Shown here: piece after piece, positions 9,457 through 18,279 of the stretch
Numbering within the stretch: position 1 is the stretch's first letter
How the letters are laid out: each line of letters starts with the position of its first letter
Origin: a virus
Lineage: Duplodnaviria; Caudoviricetes
Strand: one strand, 5' to 3'
IMG/VR virus record: IMGVR_UViG_3300046508_000147
Span: 1 to 29,763 of that record
DNA length: 29,763 nt
Made by a program: the position numbers and the translations under genes
The notes under the pieces: model-generated
What the model was told of the DNA's origin: nothing
Database searches by the model: none
Seen by the model: the letters and a program-made list of their open reading frames with translations, nothing else

Positions 9457-10578
9457 CTATGCGTAGATCGACGCGCTACCGTCCGCGATCTTGGCAACGA
9501 TCGGTGGGTAGGCAGCGCACACCCGAGACTCGAACTTGAACGACGGCTCCAGCACGCTGACACCGGACAGCCCCGACGGACTTTCCGGCTGAATGACGCA
9601 GACAGGGAATGCGAACGCACCTCCGTGATTGGCCGTGTCCGACGCGATGTTCAGGAGGATGGTCTTTTCCTTCTGGTCCGCGGCCGTGCTATCGGCCGCC
9701 GCGTGAAGCAGCGCCTCCAGCGGACTTCCATAGATCGCCTTGAACTCGACCTCCACCTTGCGCGCGCGGGGGAACACCCGGCTCCAGTTGACGCCCGCTC
9801 CGATGCTGCTCCCGGTCCTGAACTTCCCCACACCGCCCATCAGGACGCGGAAGGTGAACTCCTCGATGTAGTCCGAAATGTCCGTCGCTGCGGAGTCAAT
9901 GGTTGGGAACACACCCGGCGTCGCGCTGACCTCAAGGCTGCCGTCCCACGCCGTTGTCCCATTGGAAGGACAGGCCTCCATGGTGACGCGACACTTGGGA
10001 GCCTCGATTAGCTCCGTGGGAATCACCAGGCCGCTCTCGGTGATCGTGCCCACCGTCCCGAGCTTGCCGGAGCCCATCGTACCCACGCGGATTCGGGCCC
10101 GGCCTTCCTGCGAGAACGTGAACTCGAACGAGTCGATGCACACGCCCAGGTGCTTGCGGTCCGTCGCGGCGACACCCACGTTGCTGGAAAGGTGGTCTTC
10201 GATCGTCATGCCGGGGAGGCTGGCCGGAAGCGCGGCGTACGCCAGGTCGTGCACCCAGGTCGGCGTCGTCCCCGACTTGGTGTCGCCGCCGTTCATGCAT
10301 TTGGACAAGAAGATTCCGATGGCCTCAAGGGTCGCGTACAGGGACAGGGGCTTGTTCAGGTAGGAGCCGATGACGATGTGGCCCGACTCGTGGTCGCTCG
10401 TGTTTCCAGACGCAAAACCGGAGTTGGACATCCGCTCCTGCGTGATCTCCAGCGGGTTCTCGTCACACGGATGAGTCAGGCAGTGCGTCAACGTCGCTTC
10501 GGATCCGAACGTGGTCTCCGGCGCGGCTCCCACGTAGAGTCTGCGGCCCGAGCCGACCTTCACACCCGTGATACTCAT
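9457..10578 (-). CDS. Major tail tube protein
   Basis: 373 aa, ETTFG N-terminal motif and GVCIDSFEFTFS strand typical of siphovirus tube proteins; AAGGAGG SD; follows tail terminator. Confidence 0.8.
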   Translation of the reverse strand: MSITGVKVGSGRRLYVGAAPETTFGSEATLTHCLTHPCDENPLEITQERMSNSGFASGNTSDHESGHIVIGSYLNKPLSLYATLEAIGIFLSKCMNGGDTKSGTTPTWVHDLAYAALPASLPGMTIEDHLSSNVGVAATDRKHLGVCIDSFEFTFSQEGRARIRVGTMGSGKLGTVGTITESGLVIPTELIEAPKCRVTMEACPSNGTTAWDGSLEVSATPGVFPTIDSAATDISDYIEEFTFRVLMGGVGKFRTGSSIGAGVNWSRVFPRARKVEVEFKAIYGSPLEALLHAAADSTAADQKEKTILLNIASDTANHGGAFAFPVCVIQPESPSGLSGVSVLEPSFKFESRVCAAYPPIVAKIADGSASIYA

Positions 10579-10590
10579 GGCCGTTCCTCC

Positions 10591-11028
10591 TTACGTGTTC
10601 CAGTCGACCAGGTACTCGCAGATCCATTCGATCTGCGCATAGCCCGTGGGGCGGTTTGTTTTGCCCGACAAGGTGAAGCTGGAGTCCCCCGGAGCCCCAT
10701 GCAGCACCAGGCCGCTCAGCGTCGGGTCGGCCATGAGTCTCGTTTGGGTCTCATCGTCGATGTCGTCGAGCTGATCCTGGGGAGAGATGTCCCCGTCGGC
10801 CGGCTTTACGCGGGCTTCGATTCGGACCGTCAGCTCTCGCACCTGCGCGTTGCGGTTAGCCGGGAACGTCCCCGATTTCCGGTCTGAGGGCGTCGTGATG
10901 TTCAGCCCAGGGACATTGGCCGCCCCGCTCGGGTACACCCTGCCGGTGTAGACCCGATCCTCGGTCGTGGTCAGATCCATGAGCGCCGCAGCAACAGCGG
11001 TGCGGATCGCCTTCCTCTTACTCGCCAT
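10591..11028 (-). CDS. Tail terminator / completion protein (gpU-like)
   Basis: SKRKAIRTAVAAAL...RVYTGRVYP...QLDDID...LMADPTLSGL pattern and position. Confidence 0.75.
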   Translation of the reverse strand: MASKRKAIRTAVAAALMDLTTTEDRVYTGRVYPSGAANVPGLNITTPSDRKSGTFPANRNAQVRELTVRIEARVKPADGDISPQDQLDDIDDETQTRLMADPTLSGLVLHGAPGDSSFTLSGKTNRPTGYAQIEWICEYLVDWNT

Positions 11029-11617
11029 CGGACGCACTCACGGAAACGGACGCGGAAGAGATCACCTTGCGCAGGGCGAGCTGGCGCGCAACCTCCGCAC
11101 TAACCATGGGGAGGGAAGCGTTGACCCACTTCTCGATCGCCGCGGTGGCCTGGTCGCGGATCGGAACCTTGAGCGCCTCGAGGGGCAGCCGGTCCTTTCC
11201 CTTGCGGCGGAAGACCTGCCAGTTCGCCCCGAGGCCGGGAGCGATGAAGGCGTCCCGGTAGAACCTGCCCATGCTCTTGCCGGGGACGCGCACGCCCTTG
11301 CCGGTGCGAACCATCCCCGACTGCACGCCGGTGTCCATGACGCCCCGGAGCTTGATGACGGGGATGTTGTTGACCTGAATCGAAATGACCCCGCGGACGA
11401 TCGTGCCGTTGTACACTGTCACGCGGACACGCCGACGGACCAGCCGTTGCGGATCAATCCCACAGGTCGACGCGACCTCCCGAATCACCCGCGTCTGAGC
11501 CCACTGCAACGAGCGCCGAACGGCCCGCACGACCGAGGCGTGGTAGACCTTCTGGTATTCGACGACGGCCAGCACCACCTTCCGGTCATCCCAGTTCATG
11601 CGCATCGTGCCCTGCAT
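11018..11617 (-). CDS. Minor tail / neck protein (lambda gpZ-like)
   Basis: Basic protein with DAFIA...QVFRRKGKDRLPLEALKVPI motif characteristic of gpZ family; start moved to ATG 11617. Confidence 0.8.
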   Translation of the reverse strand: MQGTMRMNWDDRKVVLAVVEYQKVYHASVVRAVRRSLQWAQTRVIREVASTCGIDPQRLVRRRVRVTVYNGTIVRGVISIQVNNIPVIKLRGVMDTGVQSGMVRTGKGVRVPGKSMGRFYRDAFIAPGLGANWQVFRRKGKDRLPLEALKVPIRDQATAAIEKWVNASLPMVSAEVARQLALRKVISSASVSVSASDGE

Positions 11618-11618
11618 G

Positions 11619-12500
11619 TCACACCCTCGAGACCGAGTAGCGGATCCGCAGGTACGGCCGCAGGTCGCCATTGGACACCAGCTCGCTGTCGAAGCTCGCC
11701 TCGGCGCCACCCGTGGCTCGGACGACGAAAGACACCACCGCGGCTCGGTTGGCGTTCAGGAGGCGCCCCAGGGCCCCTCCGGAGGCCAGGACAGACCAAC
11801 CGGCCGGGACCTCGTCGCCGGAGCCCAGGTTCGCCGCGGCGTAGTCAACGCCCGAGCCTCCGCAGCCAGGTGTCGCCCAGGTGTGGCCGGGAGGCGTAGA
11901 CGCCTGCAGCCAGTCGATGCGTGAGCGCGTGACGTTGGCCAGGACCTGGTGCACCTCCCACTGCACGGCGCCGCCGACGTCGGCGTGTACCCAGAGCTCG
12001 GCCGAGTCGATGCGAGCGGCCGCGGGAACCATCTCCGCGGTGATCGGGCCGACAAAGAACAGAACGTGCCCGGCAGGACTCCCGGCCCGGAGGGTCGTCA
12101 GGGTTGCGTCGTGATTCGGGGGCTCGTCCTCGACGTAGGGGTAGCCCGGGTAGGCTTCGTCGATCCAGGCGACGCGCAGGGGTCCGCCGAGGGCGACGAG
12201 ATCGAGGTTGGCGAACACGTCGGCGCGATAGCCGCGATGTTCAAGGGCGATGGTGGACGCCCGCTCATCGGATGTCGGGTGAACACCGACGACTCCAAAG
12301 AGCTCCCGGCCTCGGCTGAGAATGTCTCCCTCGACGAGGTCAGGAATCGAATGGACGAGTCCGGTGATCCGCTCACCCGCGATCTCCTCATCCTCGGCAT
12401 AAGGCCGCCCGAGGAGGACCGTCAGCTCGGATCCGTCCTTGTCCACGGTGAGCGTCGTTCCCCAGTCATCGAACGGCGCAGTGTCGTGCTCGAAGGTCAT
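11619..12500 (-). CDS. Head-closure-like N-terminal domain fused to DNRLRE-like beta-sandwich domain
   Basis: ATGA overlap start at 12500; N-terminal ~90 aa resembles preceding head-closure protein (LVEGDIL..G..F.V.GV.P); C-terminal IDSAELW...W...TWATPG...FDSE...RPYLRIRY pattern. Confidence 0.55.
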   Translation of the reverse strand: MTFEHDTAPFDDWGTTLTVDKDGSELTVLLGRPYAEDEEIAGERITGLVHSIPDLVEGDILSRGRELFGVVGVHPTSDERASTIALEHRGYRADVFANLDLVALGGPLRVAWIDEAYPGYPYVEDEPPNHDATLTTLRAGSPAGHVLFFVGPITAEMVPAAARIDSAELWVHADVGGAVQWEVHQVLANVTRSRIDWLQASTPPGHTWATPGCGGSGVDYAAANLGSGDEVPAGWSVLASGGALGRLLNANRAAVVSFVVRATGGAEASFDSELVSNGDLRPYLRIRYSVSRV

Positions 12501-12784
12501 CCGCTCACGTACTCCAGCTTGATTGCCACGGCGCCGAGGCCTCCGGGCGCCAGCGCCGCAACCTTGTAGACGCGGCCGCGCACCACCACCGGTGAGCCCT
12601 CCACCGTGCCCGTCGGCACGTCGACCTCGGTGCATAGCAGGGTCGGCACGTTCCCGTCGATGTCCTGCTCGATCAGGTCCGGGTTGGCGAAGAGCACGGT
12701 GATACCAGCGACGCCGTTGATGGTCGCCAGCTCCCCGTGCTCGGTCGCATCGAAGAAGACCGAGAAGTCCACATCGAGGGGCAT
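12497..12784 (-). CDS. Head-tail joining / head closure protein (gpFII-like)
   Basis: 95 aa, FFD..EHG..AT.NG...PTLLC...GSPVVVRGRVYKV...PGGLG pattern; position after head genes. Confidence 0.75.
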   Translation of the reverse strand: MPLDVDFSVFFDATEHGELATINGVAGITVLFANPDLIEQDIDGNVPTLLCTEVDVPTGTVEGSPVVVRGRVYKVAALAPGGLGAVAIKLEYVSG

Positions 12785-13207
12785 CTACCTGGCCCCGGCC
12801 CTGCCCCTGCCACCCTCCTTCGCACTCGGGGCATCACCCGCCGGCGCGGCCGCAGGCAGATCACTCGACGCGCTCGGCGCCGCGATCATCTTGGCCGAGC
12901 CATCACCGATCGCCTGCACCGCGTAGCCGAACGGCACGCAGTAGGCCGCGCCCTCTTTGAGGGTGTCCTTCATCGGCTGCCCGTCCGGCCCGATGCGCAG
13001 GCCTGGCCCCTCCTTCAGAATCTGGATCCAGACCGGAGGAGGCGTGGGCTGGGAGCCGGTTCCGGTGGGCACATAGGCCCCGGTTCCACGGTCGTGCATC
13101 GCCTTCGCGAACTTCTCCGTGCAGTGCTCCCCGACGATGTAGGTCTTGCCTGCGTCCAGCTCCACCCCGAGGTCACCGACGACCCCGTACAACATCTTGA
13201 TTTCCAC
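12785..13207 (-). CDS. Small head-region protein with two tandem ~45 aa modules (gpFI-like position)
   Basis: GGAGAGG SD before GTG; two similar beta-beta-helix modules with Pro linker and low-complexity tail. Confidence 0.55.
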   Translation of the reverse strand: MEIKMLYGVVGDLGVELDAGKTYIVGEHCTEKFAKAMHDRGTGAYVPTGTGSQPTPPPVWIQILKEGPGLRIGPDGQPMKDTLKEGAAYCVPFGYAVQAIGDGSAKMIAAPSASSDLPAAAPAGDAPSAKEGGRGRAGAR

Positions 13208-13254
13208 TTACCTCTCCCCTGCGCCGGCGGTCAGACCCCTGGCGCGTTCGTGGC

Positions 13255-13752
13255 CTACTGCGCCGGCCGGTACTTCGGGTCGATCTTTACGAACAGAATC
13301 GTGAACGGGCAGGCGGTCGTGTCGCTCGACGCTCCGACCACCGTCCAGGCCGGCCGGACGTATCGCTTGTTCCGGATCACCTGAACTTGGTAGACCTGCG
13401 AGCCGTCGGCCGAGTCGGTCAATGTTGGCAATGTGCCGATCGTCCGGCTCGCCGGAACAGATGTGAACGTTGTGTCGTTGTCGGACTCCTGGAGTGCGAA
13501 CACGTACTTGCCGGAATTGGCCGAGTCCGCATAGGCTCCCACATTCAGGATAAACAGCGCGCCACCGTACGGATTACCGACACCGAGGTCGATGCTCGTG
13601 CCGAACCCGGCGGCCACCTTCCCGGTGTAGGAGCTAGATTGCTTAACGGACGCGTCGTGCACCAGGTCGATTCTGGCCAGGGCGGCGCCGGGGGCGAGGA
13701 CGAGAAACGCCACAAGGAGTCCGGCGACTAGGATGGTCAGTGTCTGCTTCAT
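13255..13752 (-). CDS. Capsid decoration/cement protein (jelly-roll, Bbp16-like) with N-terminal signal peptide
   Basis: Directly after MCP; GTSIDL...ALFILNVG...LQESDND.TF..V...KRYVR motif; AGGAGGAG SD fixes start at 13752. Confidence 0.75.
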   Translation of the reverse strand: MKQTLTILVAGLLVAFLVLAPGAALARIDLVHDASVKQSSSYTGKVAAGFGTSIDLGVGNPYGGALFILNVGAYADSANSGKYVFALQESDNDTTFTSVPASRTIGTLPTLTDSADGSQVYQVQVIRNKRYVRPAWTVVGASSDTTACPFTILFVKIDPKYRPAQ

Positions 13753-13772
13753 CGGGGTCTCCTCCTAATCCA

Positions 13773-13799
13773 CCCGGGGACGCGCGGTGCGCCCCCGGG
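13773..13799 (-). promoter_or_regulatory. GC-rich stem-loop after major capsid gene
   Basis: Inverted repeat CCCGGGG...CCCCGGG with inner CGC/GCG pairing; no U tract, so a stabiliser/pause hairpin rather than a clear terminator. Confidence 0.45.
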
Positions 13800-13820
13800 C
13801 TAGATCTTCCGTTCCGTCGA

Positions 13821-15932
13821 TCAGGAAGTGGTGATCTCGTCCGAGATCACGAACGCCGCCGGGTGCCGCAGGCCGCCGTCCACGGTCTGCAGGACGCGGA
13901 TCCGCTTGCCGCCGGAGAGGAACAGCGCCTCGCTCGAGACGCCGATCTCGAGGCCGCCCCAGAGGACGTAGACCAGGTCGTCCCAGTTCGTGCTGAAGAT
14001 CAGGGCCGACAGGTCGGCCGTGCCGTGCGAGCCCTTGGTGTAGTTGCTCGGGACGTTGTTCGTGACCCAGACGGGGTAGTTGTTCAGCGGGGTGTTCGGC
14101 TGCTGGTCATCCCACAGCGGCTTCTCGCCGTAGGTGACCGTCCGCAGGGTGGTCTTGGCCGCGCCGCGCACCTTCGGGTTGGTGAGCCAGCCGGGCCTGC
14201 GCGTCGGGGCGTTGGCGACCGCCGCGGTGGTCTCGAACTCCACGATCTTGGGCCAGGTCATCGCGCCGGCGTTATCGCCCATGTTGACGTTGCCGATGCC
14301 GGACGGAAGGGTCAGGATGCCCGAGATCTGCCCGGCGCCTCCGCCCTTGATTCCGGCGATGTCGATGGTGTTGGCAACCACGCCTGTGAGGTCCTCGACC
14401 ATCAGGTTTTCGAAGTCGATCGAGGACTGCATGAGCAGGAGCCGCGTCGCGTCGATGTAGCCGCCAGCGGTCTTCGGGGTCATCAGGAGCTGACCCATGG
14501 CGAGCGCCGAGTCAGTCACGTCGACACCCTCGGCAACCCAGTAGCCGGTCGATCCGCCTGTCTGGCTCGGGATCTGCACGTTGCCGATCGCGCCTCCGAC
14601 CACGCGACCGAGACCCATGGTGACGGCCTGCGCCTTATACAGCTCGATGAACTGATCACCCAGCACCGAGGTCTCGACGGTATAGCCGCCGAGGCCGGGC
14701 GTGCCGACGGCCATATCGGAAGCGCGGAAGTCCCGCCCCTCCATCAGGCTCTGGAGGGCGCGGAGATGGCCCATCCGGGCGAACTGCCTGGCCTGGTACT
14801 GGCGCCCGATGTAGTCGAGGACCTCACCGGGAATGTGGTAGCTGAGCTCCAGGTCCCTGCTCTGTTCGCCCCGAGTCTTCTTGCGGTACTCCGCGCACGT
14901 CTCGATCTCGTACGCCGCCTCCGCTCGCAGGGTCGGGGAGGCCTGGTTGCACATGTGCCGCACGAGCCGCATCAGGTTGAACCGCTTGAGCTCTCTGCCG
15001 TTCAGTCCGAGATTCGGTCCGTCGGTGACCGGAACGATGGAACTCTCACCGTGGACCTTGCGGAAGGCAGCCACGCGGAACTCGTCCGGAGTGCCACCGT
15101 TCGTGACAAAGGAGCGCGCGATCTCCATGACGCCGGGCTGGTTGATGTGCAGCGCTACCGCCATAATCTCGGCAACGCGCTGGCGCTCTCCCTGCAGCGG
15201 ATCCGCGCCGGGAATGGCGCCCCGGATGTCCGGGGCCGGAGTCGCCGCCGGCGGCGGCGCCGGCGTGGTGGCGGTTCCTACGGCCGCCCCCATCTGGGTG
15301 GGATTCTCGGGATCCATTCGGACCTCCTCGGTTGGGGTGACAGGTGCGGTCGGTGACTGCAAACCCCGTCCGGCGCCGACCTTGATGTCCGCCGCGACGG
15401 GAACCAGCGAGTTTTCGTAGGGCCTCCACTTGCACCGATAGACGGGCGGCGCCCCCTTCTTCTCTTCCACGAGCACAATGTCGAGGATGTCGTAACTGAC
15501 GGAGATGTTGCCGATCTGCCCGTCCTGGAGCTCCAGCCACTGCTCTTCGGCAAACGCCTTCTTCGACATCCTGGCCGTGGCGTAACCCTTCTTGCGCTGC
15601 CCGTCGATCGTGGCCTCTTCGATCACGCCCACCTGGCGCTCAATCCGCCAGTCATGGTCGACGAGCAGCGGCGCCATCGCCTTCGCCGCGAACCGGGAAA
15701 GGTCAACGTCCTTCGGGTCGTGGCTCAGAATCTCGATTCCCCACCACCGCTCGACGGGGGTTTCAGACGAGAAGGAGTAGGTGAACCTTCGTCCGTCGAC
15801 GTCGATCGCGGCCCGGTCAACTTCCGCAACCAGCCTCGGCTTGCCCAGGTCGATCCCGCGCGCGTCGAGCCCCGAGTTGATCCGCTGTAGAAGCTGAGCC
15901 TTTTCCTGGGGATCAAGCGTCCGCACTGCCAT
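13821..15932 (-). CDS. Prohead protease - major capsid protein fusion (HK97 fold)
   Basis: N-terminal HK97-type protease motifs (PLLVDHD, NISVSYDI, YENSLVPVAAD); C-terminal MCP motifs (GGYTV, WVAEG, MTPKT, LRHPAAF). Confidence 0.92.
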   Translation of the reverse strand: MAVRTLDPQEKAQLLQRINSGLDARGIDLGKPRLVAEVDRAAIDVDGRRFTYSFSSETPVERWWGIEILSHDPKDVDLSRFAAKAMAPLLVDHDWRIERQVGVIEEATIDGQRKKGYATARMSKKAFAEEQWLELQDGQIGNISVSYDILDIVLVEEKKGAPPVYRCKWRPYENSLVPVAADIKVGAGRGLQSPTAPVTPTEEVRMDPENPTQMGAAVGTATTPAPPPAATPAPDIRGAIPGADPLQGERQRVAEIMAVALHINQPGVMEIARSFVTNGGTPDEFRVAAFRKVHGESSIVPVTDGPNLGLNGRELKRFNLMRLVRHMCNQASPTLRAEAAYEIETCAEYRKKTRGEQSRDLELSYHIPGEVLDYIGRQYQARQFARMGHLRALQSLMEGRDFRASDMAVGTPGLGGYTVETSVLGDQFIELYKAQAVTMGLGRVVGGAIGNVQIPSQTGGSTGYWVAEGVDVTDSALAMGQLLMTPKTAGGYIDATRLLLMQSSIDFENLMVEDLTGVVANTIDIAGIKGGGAGQISGILTLPSGIGNVNMGDNAGAMTWPKIVEFETTAAVANAPTRRPGWLTNPKVRGAAKTTLRTVTYGEKPLWDDQQPNTPLNNYPVWVTNNVPSNYTKGSHGTADLSALIFSTNWDDLVYVLWGGLEIGVSSEALFLSGGKRIRVLQTVDGGLRHPAAFVISDEITTS

Positions 15933-17592
15933 CTCCGGTATCCTCCTTTGGGGTCGTCACGGGCTCGTCGACGAGAAGCGCCGTGGCCGCGCCCTTGACC
16001 GCACTCACATCCGGGTTCAGGCCCTTTGCCTTCAGGTATTCGATCTCCCGGGCCCGCTCGTCCCAGAGCGATGTCGGATCCCCGCCCCGCTCGCGGATCA
16101 CCTGGGTGAGCGTCGTAGCGTTGAGCGACAGCGCGATCCGGACCGCCTCCCAGTCCTTCAGCGGGTCGACCCAGTCCCAGCGCCGGCCCTGCAGGTGGAC
16201 CGCATGAAAGCGGCGCTCCTGGTCCATCGCCAGGGGACGTGGGCCGTTCTTGGTCGGGATGACGAGGTTTCCCCACTGCAGCATGAAGCGCAGCCAGCGC
16301 ACGTAGACCTGGCGGTAGAACGACAGGATGAAGAAGGCCTGGCGAATCTTCCACGCCTCCCGCTCTTCCTGGGAGCCGAAGCGCAGCGAGCTGTAATTGA
16401 CGCCCTCGAGGTCGTTGGCCAGCGAGTTGTAGAGCACGCCGTAGGCCGCGGACATCTTCCTGGCGTAGAGCTTCACGAACCCGGGCATCTCGCCGCGGGG
16501 ATAGTCGGGCGACCAGGGCTCCAGGGACTGCGTGCCCGTGAGAATCCCGAACTCGCCGGGAGAGGAGGCGGCGATCTGGTTGCCGCTCTCATCTGTGCGC
16601 TCACCGACATAGCCGGTGGATCCGGAATCCTTGATCCAAACGGATTTGTCGGCGCCGATCCGCGCGGCGGTCAATGCGGACCCGCCGTACTCGTCCAGCA
16701 TGTGCGCATCCCAGAGTCCCGCCATCGTCCAGGGCAGGCCACGCGACTGCCCGGGCAGGTCCGGGTAGAACGAGTGGACCACTCGCTCGGCTTCGATCCG
16801 TACTGCCTGACCAGAAAACGATCCGCGCGGCGAGCTGTCATAGGTCGCCGGATCAGTCGAGAAGTGGTAGGCCACCGGCCGGCCGATGGGGTCGGTCTCC
16901 ACGCCGAGGCGGATACGGCGGCCGCCGCCGAGGTCCTGGTTGCGGTTGATGTCGAGCAGCTCCGGATCCACGATGCGCAGCGACATCGCGGGGGCGCCGG
17001 CGTCGAGGGCGAAGTCGGTTACCGCAACGATCTCCCCATCCATGCCGTACTGGCGGGCCGCTTGGGTTTCGTGCCCGACGCCATCCTGCATGCGGCGCGA
17101 GTCACAGAGGGTTGTCCCCCACCAGGCCGCCCACCCTTCTTCAACGACTCGGCAAGCCGCCACGTCTGGTTCACCGTTCTCATCTCGGATGCGGGCCTGG
17201 AGCGAGACGCCGGTCGCGCCGACCATGTTCTGCTCCAGCAGTGAGCAGAACTTCCGAACCCATCCGCTGTTGAAGTACTCCGTTCGGCTTCGGGCGCGGA
17301 CGATCCTCTGGAACCGATGAACAACTGCGTCGGCCCGCTTCGAGGCCGTCGACCAGTCCGCCGCCAGGCGACCGGTGTCGCCGGCGGCTAGATCGCGGTG
17401 CATGCGCCCACGCCCGTACCCGGCCGCGAATGCGCGCCCCGTGCGCTGGCGGACGCCGGCGACCTTGGCGTCGAGTTGTGAGATCTGGGAGCGCGCCGCC
17501 GTCAGCTCCTCGGTCGCCGCGGAAAGCTGGCCCTGGGCTCCGACGAGCTCCTCGCGGAGGGATCGCAAACCCAGGGGATCCGTCAGCTTCAT
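15913..17592 (-). CDS. Portal protein, lambda family
   Basis: RARSR, GVETD.IGRPVAYHF, PGQSRGLPW, DLEGVNYSSLR, WDWVDPLKD motifs. Confidence 0.95.
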   Translation of the reverse strand: MKLTDPLGLRSLREELVGAQGQLSAATEELTAARSQISQLDAKVAGVRQRTGRAFAAGYGRGRMHRDLAAGDTGRLAADWSTASKRADAVVHRFQRIVRARSRTEYFNSGWVRKFCSLLEQNMVGATGVSLQARIRDENGEPDVAACRVVEEGWAAWWGTTLCDSRRMQDGVGHETQAARQYGMDGEIVAVTDFALDAGAPAMSLRIVDPELLDINRNQDLGGGRRIRLGVETDPIGRPVAYHFSTDPATYDSSPRGSFSGQAVRIEAERVVHSFYPDLPGQSRGLPWTMAGLWDAHMLDEYGGSALTAARIGADKSVWIKDSGSTGYVGERTDESGNQIAASSPGEFGILTGTQSLEPWSPDYPRGEMPGFVKLYARKMSAAYGVLYNSLANDLEGVNYSSLRFGSQEEREAWKIRQAFFILSFYRQVYVRWLRFMLQWGNLVIPTKNGPRPLAMDQERRFHAVHLQGRRWDWVDPLKDWEAVRIALSLNATTLTQVIRERGGDPTSLWDERAREIEYLKAKGLNPDVSAVKGAATALLVDEPVTTPKEDTGDGSADA

Positions 17593-18185
17593 CGCCGGAA
17601 CTCCGTCAGCACGCGATTGCCGGCGGGAAGTCCACGAGCCTGACGGTCCCGGGCATCCTCCGCCCGGACGATCTCGGCGAAGTAGGCCTCAACCCGCAGG
17701 AGGTCCGCGCCGGTGGGGACGTAGCCGGTGCTCCATTGTTCACCCGACGCGGACACGGCATACTGCGCGACGTGCGCCTTGGGCAACCGGCCGGCGATGC
17801 AGGCACGGATGTCATCCAATGCCTTGCGCGCGAAGCTGCGCCTGTCGACGTTGGCGTCGGGTGAGGCCTCTACGTCGACCCAGCCCTGGTCGAGCCGGAA
17901 GACCTCGTCCTCAACCTCATCGCTGAACCAGGCCTCGAAGTGATAGCGAGGCGCGACGAAGGAGGAGGAGGTAACACCCTCCCCCTCGGCCGCGCAGGGG
18001 ATAATGGCGAGGAACCGCCCGTCGCCGTTGTCCGTGGCGACGATCGATTGATGGTCCGTGGCGCAGGTGAAGTAATAAGTGAGGGTCCGGCCAGCACCGG
18101 GGCGGTAGTCATCTCCGGCGTCGAAGATCCACTTGACCGTCAGGCCCCGCGTGAATTTGTCGGGTGCGACCGTTGGGGTGCTCAA
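17589..18185 (-). CDS. Head completion protein (extended gpW-like)
   Basis: Between TerL and portal; C-terminal D.RS.ARKALD.I.A.I.GR...QY...LL...YF...V..E pattern; TTG start with GGAGGG SD. Confidence 0.65.
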   Translation of the reverse strand: MSTPTVAPDKFTRGLTVKWIFDAGDDYRPGAGRTLTYYFTCATDHQSIVATDNGDGRFLAIIPCAAEGEGVTSSSFVAPRYHFEAWFSDEVEDEVFRLDQGWVDVEASPDANVDRRSFARKALDDIRACIAGRLPKAHVAQYAVSASGEQWSTGYVPTGADLLRVEAYFAEIVRAEDARDRQARGLPAGNRVLTEFRR

Positions 18186-18204
18186 CTCGGGCCCTCCATC
18201 CGGT

Positions 18205-18250
18205 CACCATGGGTAGATCAGTGGGGGCGTACGACGTCAAGAACTATTTT
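18205..18250 (-). promoter_or_regulatory. Possible promoter upstream of head genes
   Basis: TTGACG (18240-18235) preceded by A/T-rich AAAATAGTTC in a 94-bp intergenic gap; no convincing -10 box. Confidence 0.25.
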
Positions 18251-18279
18251 GGTCGTCACCTAAGGTCGTCCCCCCCCCG

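Noticed and set aside
9084-9620. Canonical -1 frameshift product or separate 178-aa ORF
   Set aside because: The -1 frame terminates at 9084, a few codons after the T run, and the ORF overlaps two real genes
13740-17244. Long plus-strand ORFs (13740-15356, 16195-17244; likewise 7414-8274, 10967-11899)
   Set aside because: Antisense shadows of well-supported minus-strand genes, expected in high-GC DNA; no recognisable motifs
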